From contig KZ538265.1 in NCBI GenBank assembly GCA_000934665.2, positions 1 through 64,000 of the forward strand: DNA of 64,000 nucleotides. Direction: 5' to 3'. The stretch is from Catajapyx aquilonaris. Taxonomy: Eukaryota. Positions 12,901 through 25,900 of this stretch are shown one piece after another. Numbering within the stretch: position 1 is the first letter of the stretch; every line of letters begins with the position of its first letter. The position numbers and the translations under genes were made by a program. The notes beneath the pieces are model-generated. The model saw only the letters and a list, made by a program, of their open reading frames with translations, searched no databases and was not told the origin of the DNA.

Positions 12901-15099
12901 TTGGTAACACCTACAACTTTATTTCAAATATTGATTTCAAATTCATGCGAAATCTGGCCTGGAGGTACACTTTATACCCATCACCATTATTTTTTTGGTG
13001 TGTGCTTGTATATGGAGCATTATCTCAATAACGACGAGGCTGTTCAGACAATACAATCCCTGCATCGCATATTAGAATTTTCCATGCACCAACTATACGA
13101 GTACACCAATGAAAGCCAGGCCATATAATTATACTGTCAGAATACGAAACACCGTGTATATAAGTGTACAACTCCCCTGCTTGTATATTTTCCACATTAC
13201 ATAATTATACCCACTGGCAGTAGGTTTGATCTTACCTGAATTTCATCTCTGCATCATGGCGTTGCGGTCACTCCTGAGTGCAACAACAATATTATTGGCA
13301 CTTTCTTTGGCAATGTTAATATAAAATAAGACCTATCGTATAATTTGTTTTTACCCTAACAATGAGCTGCACGCTTGTGAGAGGTGATTTCAGTTGTAAG
13401 TTGTTACATGGGTATAACTTATACAGGGTGGAGATTAGAACTGAGGCGGAAACTGAAGCGGTGTCCAGCATTTGACGAAGAAACTGTCCCTTTTCTGCTG
13501 TTGTCCCCCTCTCGTTAGACCGACCCGCAGCCCTAATCCTTCTCAATCTCCTGCCCCACAAGCTTGTTCTCTATTCACGGGAACAGCCGCAGCTTTCCGC
13601 GGATTGTATATGCCACCTTTCCCTGGCTGTGTAACACAGTTAAAGTCCATTCTGACCATTTTTGTTTGAAGTTTGTTGTTCGGATTACATGATGGTGTGC
13701 GTATACTACATATTGTCAATGTATGCGTACGTTTATTTTCTGGGTGTGATACGTTCTTATATATAGCCATTATGTATACAGTATGATGACTTTCATTTTT
13801 GACATGACGTGTAAATATATTCGCAATAGCATAAAATTACATAACAATCATCATACAATTTGATTATATACGATTATACAGTCATGTCATTATTTTGTTT
13901 CCGGTACTGCTGTAATAGACCTTATTTAAAAATTGGACACCTGAAATTCAGATTTTCACTGATTATTTCTAGAATTTGCCGCAAAATTGTGAGGTGTTGC
14001 ATGTATAATTTTTTTCATATGCTTCCATTCTCCAAACTCACTCACCGCGCGTCCTATAAGGTCTCTTTCAATGACAAATAGGACTTTGACGGGACGAGGG
14101 TACTATACATACTGAAGTCTGCTGGTGATCCAGAACTAGGGGAGCAGACCCCCCACCACCACAGCAGGCTTCCCTGTCCAGCAGCACGGGGGGACCAAAA
14201 GACGCGACCAGGCATGCATGGCGTCGCCGCCAAAAAAAGGCCGTTTAAATTCATGCAGCTCCTCTCCCAGCAGCCACATGCAGCCTATGCCTTCATCAAC
14301 TGAAAAAAAAGGGAAACTAACACCTTAGACCACCTCAGATTAATGCTGATAAGAGACGCCACTCTGGTAAAAAAAAAAATATTCTTCCAAAAATGGCTAA
14401 ATGTATGGCTCGATATATATGACCATATATAAGATGAGCCAGCACAACTTACCTAAGTTATTGGAAACGACATTATCGGACATTATCGAAGAGAATTTAT
14501 TTTGGACTAATGATGCATATTTTTTCCTTTTGCTTTACAGGCCTGTAATTAGTTTTCTTGTAAAAATAATTACTTCTTTTAAATCTTTAGGTAGGATCGT
14601 AACAACCTCGGCAGATGACAGAAAACCTGCATTCGACTCATTGACAGCAATGATGACATCATCTTCACGGTAAGTTCAGGCCAAAATTATTTTAACTTTG
14701 CCCGTGACTTTAAAGATGTATGAGAAGCAGCAGTCATTCCTCTTGTATTGAAGGGCAACAGGATACAGAGGCTGAGCTGCTCCCTCTGAGCAGTCTTTTG
14801 GAAAGATACATGTGGTAGGGCAGCAGGGGTACGGATAACCCCGCCATTCAAAGCTCCATTTGTCTGCATCATGGCTTCGGGGCATAATAGAATTCAACCC
14901 CCCCCCCCCTCTAACAAATGGACCTTAAAAAAGAGGAAGGTTGGTGCCCCACTTCTCTTTACAATCAAATAAAAACTACATGTTGATTTGAACACTGTTG
15001 CCTAATTGAGTCATGTATGAAATTGTGTAATGGCTGTGTTAGGAGAGTCCGGATAGTAATGTAAGTCCTACCTGGGTTCTAGATAAGGGAGGCCAAGAT

Positions 15100-15780
15100 T
15101 AGTATGGGTGGTGGTGATGTAACGGGGGGGCTTGAAAAGGGCGGGCTCCCTATTGGCCCTGGCGTGGCAATAGAGACCAGGGAAAGGGGGCTGCAACCGG
15201 CGCATCATGCCCGCGCTCTCATTGGCCCACGGCCACAGCCATTGACGAGGCAGGCACCCGATAAACGGCCCATCGCCTGCCAAATTCTCTCTCGTCCGGA
15301 CCCCCATGCACCTTTAAATCCACCTCGGCCCGCGAATATTTCACCATCAATCCGGATCAGTCTGCGTCTTCAGCATCGTCAGCCAAGATCCTATACTGAT
15401 CCATCACACCCCACCGAGCCAGCAGCATCCCCATCACAGCCAGAACCCCCTCGGATGTAACTCGCGAAAATTACTGTCCGCATCCGCACTCTTCCACGCA
15501 CCCCTACTACCACCACCCTCCATCCTCTCAATCGGCAGAAAAAAAGACAGGCATAAATTTGTGCAAGCGGTGCTGAAGTGTGTGCACAAACACCTGGTCG
15601 TCTCTTCGGCGACGCCTGTTCTTTTTTTGGATTAGAATAGGCAGATTTTGGTGCTGCCAGAAGAGAGCTGATGTGCATTTCGAAGTAGCCTCCTTGATGT
15701 CGTCTGGAATGGTACGGACATCGGCGTCGGAGATGGCCTGGTTGTGGTAACCCGCTGAAGATCGCCTTTTCGGGAATTGG
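15100..15780 (+). promoter_or_regulatory. Putative Pol II promoter and non-coding first exon (candidate distal Fezf promoter)
   Basis: GC-rich island with reverse CCAAT boxes (ATTGG at 15152 and 15221), TTTAAA (~15313) and Inr-like TCAGT (15357-15361). It ends at donor GG|GTGAGT (15781), where the sequence switches abruptly to AT-rich, intron-like DNA. Confidence 0.45.
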
Positions 15781-17657
15781 GTGAGTTACCGAGTGATATT
15801 ATTTTATGTTACAAGTTTACTAAAGGTGACAAACTGTAAAATGCATCTAAGAATACGTCATTTGAACACATCATAAATACCGGTATTGTAGATGTCTTCC
15901 AAAGACCTATGAAAGTTGGAGTGTTTTTTTGGCCGAAAGCCACCACTTTTCTGTTACAATATAATGCTTAAGTGATGTCGAAACTTTTGAATTAATTTGT
16001 GTCATTTATTAGTACGATATGTAGCCTAACATGCAGCAGAGAAGTGATTTCCTGTTAAAAAGTATAGCCTATACACACTGATATGCATAATTATACTGTA
16101 GATCAGCAGGTTGAAATAACGTATATATTATTTTCCTTTATTATATTATAATAGGCCTATTATGGTTTCAATGAACGAATTTCTTTTTCGCTATTGCGAA
16201 TTTTTCTAAACACTTCCGGTAATATTTACATTTGATCAATATTCTTGGTGTTGATTTTCTTATGTTTATAGCACTCGCACATCAGATAAATTACAGGGCA
16301 TGAATATGTGTTACAGATAATACGCTCACCGTTATTTTTCACATATATGGAGCTATATAACCATACTACATACTACCGTACCTGATTTTTAATGTGCTGC
16401 ATGTATGGGGACTACCAAAAAATTCATTCCTTGATGAAGTGTAATAAAAAGCAACAAATCGCTTACAATCCAAAAACCGCGCCAACTCTGAAAAGCATAT
16501 TGTGAGAGCTCGTTCAATTCTCTGCAGAAGAAAATATACTTAACATTCCAAGAATTATAATTATGTGTATTCAAATATGAAAAACCCGCTTATTAAACTG
16601 AAAATACAAGGTACTTCTGTCTCTGTGATGCTCAAAATTGATAATATCTTGGGCAATATATTTATAGGCCCCGTAATACGCAGGACGCACTGACTCTTGA
16701 TGACAAGGTTTTAAAATAAATTCTTCCACATGAGGTGGAGAAGTGATAATATTTTTATGGGATGTCGCAAAAGGATGTCACGCAGCATGCGCTGTTCCCA
16801 TTACTAACAGTATATTGACTGCCTCGTTATTATGGCGGCAGAAGTTCCAAATACTACAATATATTGTCACAAATAATGTTATTTACACATCTTTATTGGG
16901 ATAGTAGTCTGACTAATGTTTCTGGGCCTCCAACTGAATCACGAATGACACACTCTGGCGTTAAATCCTTCATCACACGGATAGGCCTACTCTTCAGATA
17001 TACAGTAATTATAAAAAAATAATGGCATCAAAATTTAGTTACACTGAATACGGTGATGCTCTGAGGACATGTTGTGACATTACGTACTGAGCTGTACTGA
17101 ATTCAATGCCTACGATATTTATTTGCATCCATGATAGAGTATAATAATTATAATCAACAAAATTAATCACTTCTGGACCGTTCCCGCAGTATGCGTGTAG
17201 TATGAAAATTCGAAATTGCGTAGCTATTATAGTATGTAGCTGACTATGAGTTTTCAATTTGTTCAGTATAATTATTTTGATTGATTTCAGCGATCGTACA
17301 GATTCATAATTTATTGTATCTCCTACATAATTATGACATATCATATAATCTGTAAGCATCAGCATCAATCACATTCATAACGAAATCATTTTCTCATATT
17401 ATCATAATTATGGTTTTGTCAAAAACAGGCCAAAATCGGTCCCATAATGTATTACTCGGCACTCACGAATATAAATAAGTTGCGGTATATTACAAAACCT
17501 TTTGTGGTCATAAAAACAAGTTGTTGACGTATTTACAAGTTGTATTGTAAACGATGGCTTATTGCTTGTAGCCTTCAATGAGTTGCTTGCATTATATCCA
17601 GAGAATAATGATATACGTGAATAACATTAATTAATATTTGGATTTACCATCAATCAC

Positions 17658-17743
17658 GGACCAGGTCCCTAGTAATTTTATTATACGCGCGTGTACGATA
17701 TAAAACTTATACACGTATAATAAAATTAATAGGGACCGGGTCC
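17658..17743. repeat. Short inverted repeat (30-bp arms), possible MITE relic
   Basis: GGACCAGGTCCCTAGTAATTTTATTATACG versus CGTATAATAAAATTAATAGGGACCGGGTCC: 28 of 30 positions complementary. Confidence 0.75.
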
Positions 17744-19066
17744 TTTATATACTCAAGACAGAAAGGATTCAATAAGGATTATAATGAGGGGCAGGGTTTT
17801 TAAAAACATAAAAATAATAGCCTTTCAGTTACAAAATTTCTTAAAAGGTTGATGGACAATAGCCTACACGTTGATTTATGTAGACGCAGATAATCATGAA
17901 TATAATGGCAGATCAAATAATTTGTTACTATTTATTATTTGCAAGTATTTGTCATGTGAGTTTTAGATTGAATGCAGTTTCAGTGGGAATTTGTCATATT
18001 ATATGTCACAGTGCGTCATTCTATATGACACGGAGAGTTGTCAGTTATGTTGCCAGTGTTTTTTTTGTGCAGTGTATACGTTATATAGAGAAATTTAATA
18101 GAGAAATGCTTAGTGGTTACTGTCGTGACAAAAGCAGTAGCAAAATGTGGTCAACTCTCCCTGGAATTGCATATAACACGATCGACATCCTTCCAACCAG
18201 AATAACCTTGTCGATTTGTGTCGGTAATTTATCCATGTTCAAAGTTTACGACATCCCAACTTTGAAGGGAGTGTTTTGACACCAACAGCAATTGAGTGAT
18301 GCTGGGCAAACTATATGATGGCATATATTCTCTGCAGTCGCGCATGCGCATTCTAACAGGTAGATCCCGATGTGTTCACGGGATTGTAGCGAATAATTCA
18401 TCACCCTTTTATCCTCTCCCATTGTTGTAGTGTCAACTTAGCGATGTACAGTACTTACCCTGCAAAGTGACGCAGTTGTCAAAGTATGACATCATTGTTA
18501 TTTATGTGAAAGCTGTCATTTTATTATTTCATGAAACTTATAGGCTACACTGCAAGTATATTAACCCACGGTGCTGCAATGAAATCATTATGACTGTATA
18601 TAGAGTATAGAAATCAGCAAAGAGATTTTTTTGTATATGGAGGACTCAGTTTTCAAAATTACATGCTTGGTATAGTGAAATCTTTAGAATATAGAATATA
18701 TAGAATAGAGACTGCTATATACGGTATACTATTACAGAATACAAGTGCAATGTATTCACGTCCTCCATGACGTCATCTTTTCTAATGAAAAATTCATTAG
18801 CCCTGTATTTTCCAATGAAAATGTAATAATGATGCGCTTCTTTGTCTTTCAGTCTCGGCGTTTCGTTATATGAATAGTTTAGGGCTTTAGGCGATTACAA
18901 GTCTATACGTTTAGGTGATGATTGAACCTGTAAAATCTTGTGGTTCTTATTGCGAAATACCGTACTGTATTTGTAACAGAGCTTGCCTGAATTATTAGGC
19001 GGACCACCTCTATATGCTTATATAGCATAATATTTTGCAGAATGAAACTTCTGACATTTTAGTTAG

Positions 19067-19070
<4 letters not shown>

Positions 19071-19094
<24 letters not shown>
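19071..19094. repeat. (TA)n microsatellite
   Basis: 12 TA units read directly. Confidence 0.9.
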
Positions 19095-19099
<5 letters not shown>

Positions 19100-19944
19100 T
19101 CTGACCTCTTTCTGTATAATTTTCCACACTTATACCAACTCTGATACCCGTATATACCCTATATGTAGCGCAAAACTTTTGAAGTTGCTATTGTCAATAA
19201 AGGCAATCCTAAATTAATATTGCAAAAACCTCTACAGTATACAGATTTCAAAACAAATTCAAAATTTAAACACAAATTTAAAAACAAAATTTCAAAAAGA
19301 GAGTATACATTATAATGTCTGTTGCAGGCTATAATATGAAGTAGCTGCAGCTGTCCCATGCCCTGTCTTACCACAAGTACCCAGTACTCATTCTGGCGCA
19401 TTAGAGAAATTGACACGGACATGACTCATATGCAGTTGCGTCACACAATATAATACACTTATGGGTTATTTGGGAACTACATTGGCCCACTGTACGTTGC
19501 ATAATGAGAAATCTTTCCAGCTGGCGCAGCCATATATTGCACCATCACATTTGGAATGGATTGCTTTTAAACCTGAAGAAATCTCATTACACCGGAGGCT
19601 TTTGTATGATTGTATGCTGCACGTATATTGTTCATGGATACGGCCGTACATAATTAAATATGAAGTAGTGCAGCAACACAGGCCGAATGACTCAGAGGGA
19701 AAATGCTGCATAAACACAGCAGTCGCCTTCTTCTCCTGCATTCTCATGATGCATTGACATATCGTGTAGAATATTTTTATACTGTATAATAGAAGTTTAC
19801 AGTGCAACATGCTTAATATCCCTCAAGTTGCATGAGAAGTAATTTACATTGAAAAATAATTATACGTCGAATAATAGCCTACACTTATTCTTGTAGGCCT
19901 ATAAATTAAAATAAATGGAAAAATTGTTTCCAACATGCATGTAT

Positions 19945-21227
19945 GAGGAAGTTAATGATTACACTATACCACAAAATTAGGCTTTTTTGTCCATGGAAAT
20001 TCATCTTCATATTCGTGTTCCTTATAGGTCACAAGTAACTCAGAATGGGCATTAATTTTGTCTCTGATTTGTTTTTGACCTCGGGGCAGCAGTCAAAAAA
20101 CCAAAGTCCTCAAATATAGCAGTTTTTTCCCACCTGATCGAGTGGGCCTAATTGTTACTAGACCATCTCGGATTTTTCTGAAAATAATCACAGCTGTACA
20201 AACCTGTGGCGTAACACTGCACATCAAGTTTCAGCAAAATTGCGAAATACCGTGGGGATGGAAAAAACCACGAAATTTTGAAAATTGATATTTGGATATT
20301 TTTTTCGGTTATTGGAACTGGTCAAAACCCTATCAACATACATCAAATGAAAGATAAACGTTAGTAGAATGCATCTATGAAATGTTTTTCTGATAAATGC
20401 ACTCAGAAAAACATGTGTGGCATTCCATCGGTCAAATACTCAGTAACTTGTCCAAGTGATTAGACCCCAAAAATTAGTGATGTATTTGCGTAAGACCAGC
20501 CATATTTGGTGACAGGCATTGTGACCCGTACAAGATTCAATACGTTCAGTTTCAACCCTGGGTCATGCATGGCTATAGCGAGAAAATAATAGATATGTTT
20601 GCCGAATTACCATTACTGAATCTTAATGGAGCCAAATTCTTGGACATGTATCACCTTAGGTCAAAGGTTACCTTCTAGGTGAAACTCACAGAAGCGGCGG
20701 TGTATTGATTGGGTTTCACCTTGAAGGTACCCTTTGACCTAAGGTGATACATGTGACTGATGAAATGCCACACATGTTTTTCTGAGTGTATTTTCGAGAA
20801 AAACAAATTCCATAGGCACATTATACTCGCGTTTATCTTTCATTTGATGTATATGTTGATTGGATTTTGACCACTTCCAATAACCGAAAAAATTATCCAA
20901 AAAAGCCAAAATTTTCACAATTTTGCGATTTTTTCCCTCCCCACGGTTTTTGCAATATGGCTGAAACTTGATATTCAGTGTTATGGCACAGATGTGTAAC
21001 TGTGTACAGCTGTGATTATTTTCAGAAAAATCCGAAATGGTCTAGCAACAGTAAGGCCCGCTTGATTGGGAAAAAACTGCTATCTTTGAGAAGTTTGGTT
21101 TTTTGACTCTCCCGAGGTCAAAAACAAATCAGACAAAATGAATGCCCATTTGAATTACTTGTGACCCGATGACGATGAATTTCCATGGACAAATATCGTG
21201 TTGCGTAGTGTTATAATTGACTACCTG
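19945..21227. mobile_element. Non-autonomous foldback / long-TIR DNA transposon
   Basis: The left arm ~19945-20433 is the diverged reverse complement of the right arm 20755-21227 (e.g. TTTGTCCATGGAAATTCATC / GATGAATTTCCATGGACAAA; GGATTTTTCTGAAAATAATCACAGCTGTACA / TGTACAGCTGTGATTATTTTCAGAAAAATCC). An inner 45-bp inverted pair lies at 20644-20688 / 20710-20754. No ORF. Confidence 0.85.
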
Positions 21228-22864
21228 CATTAAGAATAAAGTCAATCGCCCAGCAGCATTTCTCTGCACTGCTGCGTCAATTTATTTTTAGGCCTTTAAA
21301 TATCGGTATTTTTCTCTATAGTCTATAGACTAGGAGGGGTGTTGCGTGTCAAATGTGCGGAGAAGCACACTATATATTTGATGTAATTGAAATAAGCTTT
21401 CCTGAAAGCGTTTCTGGAGTACTTTAATTGAATATTATATTTATCCGCCTCCACTCTGTAATTAAGATGGTATCTGGATTAACTCAAGTAATAGTCTAAT
21501 GTGATATGACACACGTGAGGCCTGGAGCCCACTATAATTACAGAGGTAGTTCGCTCAAGGGTAAACATCATGCTCACCCCCGCACAGCCACATTGGCTAA
21601 TCAAAAAATTGTAAGCGGTGCAATTATTTTCCATGGGAATAGGTCAGAACAGTTGGCCTGATGTACATATACTGTATACTGAAAGAACAATGAGTTTCGC
21701 AGAGTATAATGCACATCTGGCATAAGTGGAGGTGACTGAGATAACAGAGTCTTTCAATTATGAATATGTTGACGTCAAAAATGGCTCAACTTACATGTCG
21801 ATACACATGCAGCCAAAAGAAATGCCGGTATATGATGGAGTGATGTTTAAGTAATGTAAAAATGATTACTTGCTGCTCATTATCATTGCCATGCATATAG
21901 CATAAAATGTGCAGTCACGTATATATGTATACAGTCACCTGCGAACTTGAAAACATTTTCAAACTTTTACTATGCTGCGCATTTTTAACTGCATCACTCA
22001 GCACGACCCCAGCAACTACATAATTATATACTTTTCAATATGGGGATAAAGCGGGAAAGATGAATGTTAAAAATACCGAATTAATACACATCTAATAACA
22101 TGTTGCATAGTATTTGGCTATATAATGTATTAGACGTTCCTCTCTGGATATTGGATAACCGCAGGAGCAGGTTAAAGATGAGAAGCCGTTGAGAAAAATT
22201 CAAATTACAATAATGTTTGCCCCCATTTTCGTCCCGCGACCACAAGTCACTTTACGGGGCTGTCCCGTCGCGACGGTAATAAATAATCGGCAGTGAATCC
22301 CAAACCATCTCACAGGGACGGTTATAGGGAAATTTATAATTATTTTCCTCCACCATCTGCATATTTGGTTTGTTTTTTGTTTATAGATGATGCTATAAAT
22401 GCAACTTTCACTGCACAATCATAATATTATATACTGTGTATACGGCCTGAAATATAATTCTGGTACAGTATTAGGCCTATTCTTGGAAATTGCGCGAGCC
22501 TAAATACAAATGTGGCTCATTCCATCAATGCAGATTTTTGCTCATCCTGAGGAAATAGTCAAATTTTAACGTAAATCAGAAAACCAGGTCACGCAGAGGC
22601 AAAAAATATGTTAATTTCAACAGCGGGCTCTTCCTGATGCTGATGTATTTTTGCTGCCACATGAACATTTTAATGCTGGAGCGAATACCGGCGTTTGTAT
22701 AACCATCATCAGTGGAAAATTAGCCTCATTACTTTGCTCTGATGGGGATTATGCATATGTTTGTATGCGGCCTGTACTTAATGTGCGTGAGCAGTTCAGG
22801 CCATCCTGTATATAAGACCACGTAATTATAATATGCTATACGGCTCACCTGAAAGAAGAAACGA

Positions 22865-22918
22865 TAATATTTAAAATCATCATTTGAAAGGATATTATAA
22901 TGATGATTTTAAATATTA
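22865..22918. repeat. Perfect 20-bp AT-rich inverted repeat
   Basis: TAATATTTAAAATCATCATT (22865-22884) / AATGATGATTTTAAATATTA (22899-22918), with a 14-nt spacer. Confidence 0.8.
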
Positions 22919-25900
22919 CACGAACAGCAAAGTATAAACTGGCTTAACAATATACTTACCCATTTTAATAATGACAGCATAAGTTATATGACCCAAACTG
23001 TTTGCAGGGTGTATTAGGCCATGGTATTATAGTGTCTGCATGGGTTGTGTAGAGGGAATGAGGTTTCTGAGCAGAGCATGCAGCAGCAGCAGCAGCAGCA
23101 AATGATCATGTTAAGGTTTTATTGCGTTTTTCAGTGAGGAAGTAGGGGGGGAGCATATATAGAGAAGTGTAAAGAGATGATGAGGGTTGAGGGGACATGC
23201 GTGCGGAGGTGGTCCTGAGGGAACCCTGGCCCTTCGGATGAGGTCAGAGCAAACAGCAGTCCCGCAGGCACGTCCTGTTTACCCGCGGGGCAAATGAGCA
23301 CTGGGCAGCCCGGATCATGCTGCATATATATACGTCCATGCACCGGCCCTGTACACTCGCTGCTGCTGCATTGCTTTTCTGTGCTGCCGTATATGGTAGT
23401 ATATATACCTATGCCTGCTGATGGTGCCCTCAAGTCAATCAAGAGCTGCGTTATCAGGGCATGTCCACATGGCGTACCGCGGTTTTGTAAAGTGACATTG
23501 TCCGTTACTTGCGCACCATATTATGGAGACATCTTGACGGGATTAACAGGTAGACTATGCAGTATACGTATCTGGTACAAAATATCTGATGGATAATAAT
23601 CGCGTGACGATGATCAAGTTTGATCCTTTTGCCATGAGCTATAGGTATATACCAAGCTTATAGTTTGAAGGCTATATATTTAGAGCGTCGGTTTCCTTAA
23701 CAACTCTTCATTCAGAATACTTCAGAATACAGAAATAGATATGCCACATAACGTGGTCAGAATGAACTTGATTGCATAACAACTGTGACGTCGTGTGAAT
23801 TTCATCATATCCTCGGACTACATTGCAAAATATTTTAAAGCCTTTTGAAACACTTCATTTAGTAAGATTCTGATGTGTAAAATATTAACTTAAGTTTACT
23901 TGACACAGGCACAATTCCAAATAATGTGTGATATCAAAATCATTTTTCACTTAGGCTACTTTGATTGTGCTTATGTTCTTCAGTGATGGTAAAAACGATT
24001 GGAACTTTGGTGAAGGTTCATTTTGTTACACCGGTATACCAACAGTTGAAGCAGGGATGCTGATCAACATGCAAAACGGAAAAGTATAGATCGATTTTCT
24101 AAAACGGCACCGAAAATGGGATATCACCATGAAAAAAAGAGTGAGTGATTGGCATGAAAAATGCAAGTTTTATAAAACAGTCAACTGCTCAGTCAACAAC
24201 TAAAACGCATAAAACACGACTTTAGCGATTGTATAAGAGTATACTTGAAGCAGAAAGTGTGCTGATAGGGTGTGGCATTCACCATGCAGCAAACACCAGA
24301 TCATGAATAATATCATGATGCAAAACATTGTTTTAGATAAAAAACCCCAGCCCCCGGGTTATTCCGGCTGGCGACCTCGGTGAACTGCCCCATCATGATT
24401 TCCAACATGGTGCGATAAGCTGTTGCAGTGTGAACTTCCGTAATAATTCATGATGGCGTTTGGAGCCATCTGCCAGTGTTAGGCCCGATGGAGCGAGGCC
24501 CCCGGACTAATAGAGCAATCAACGTTTCATGGAAGATCAACACCTGAACCCGAGGGCGCCCACATTTATTATTCATTTGTTTGCTCACCAGCGGGTTCGG
24601 TCCTAGTCCATTGCGCCTCCGTAAAAAGGCGTACGTGTTTGATTTCCCTGTCGCGTGTTAATTTCAGCGAGAGTATATCAGGGGGAGCTGCAGCCAAGAG
24701 AGGACAACCTTAGAACACGCTTTGCCCGCAGGGATGCCAATATGATTATCGAGGATGCGGGCTTGCTTATATGCCTTTTCAGATTTCAGCCAGGAGTGTG
24801 TGCATGTGGTTCGAAAAGATGCATCTAATGGCTCTTGGCATATTATGGATAGGCACGAGTTGTTACGAATGTCATGAGGGATATTAAAGGAAGGTGTATA
24901 GTTCGAATAGGTTGGTATGAGTGGGTGCTTCTGGCAATGAAAGGCGAAACATGTCGTGGGAGCAAAGGCAGGATAGCCGGGAACTGGTGCACAGAGGCCG
25001 GCCGGCATTTTCCCTACCCCCCTTGGTCTGCAAAACGAGCAGCCGACTTGCTGGTCCAGCCAACTGGCCAGTCCCGGCCGCCACTTAGCAAATATACACT
25101 ACACTGCCGCATCGATTTGCCAAAGAAGGCCAAACGGCTTCAGGTCTTACTTGCTTCCATGCCGGAATAAACATTCAAACTGCTCGCTCGTTGCATCACT
25201 TGGACTTGCATTTATCACAATATGAATGTGCAATCGCGGCTAAGGCGTTATTTCCAGCTGGAGATTAACCGTCACATTTCCATAAAAAGTATCGCATCCT
25301 GTGGACTTAATGTCGCATACATTATACCCGGAGACCGGTCTTCCACAGTCCACAGAAAGAGTTTTTAAGAGTTCCTTTTTATAATCATGCCACGTGCCCT
25401 GATATTTTTTTAAATACATTCTCTTTTTGTGCGCTTCCCCCCTCATGAAAAAAATATTGAATTCAGGTGGTGCAACCTTATCCATGGAGGGCATGCACAG
25501 CTATATGTTCAGAAAGGTATACGGTATGACACAATGAAGACGTCCTCCAATTATGTAATTGGCCCATTCTGCAGCAGCGGGCATCAATGTCTTGCAGCAG
25601 TGAATGTGAGAGACGCACGTGGCCGGAAACTGCTCTTGGGGGTCCGCAATGCGACAGGCTTTTGTCAGGAAAGAGCGGATGTGGCCGTGTTTTTGGCGGG
25701 ACAAGAGACAGTGATAATGACGGTATCGGCGCCTGCCATCGAGCCATTGTGTTGCCAAAGGGGTTGCGCCGTTGAGTATATATAGTATTTTTTTTATAAA
25801 CATTATGAATCTACTCGTGCGCGGATGTGATCGGAACGGCATGTTGTCAACTATACTGTTTATCGGATCCTTTGTGAGTGAAGGTCTCGAGATTTTATGC

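Noticed and set aside
13150..13430. CACCGTGTA and TACAGGGTG mariner-like ends
   Set aside because: The motifs face outward and no matching partner TIRs were found; too weak to call an element.
18029..18163. Short inverted GGAGAGTTG / CAACTCTCC pair
   Set aside because: Only ~12 bp match and no TSD; at best a degraded MITE.
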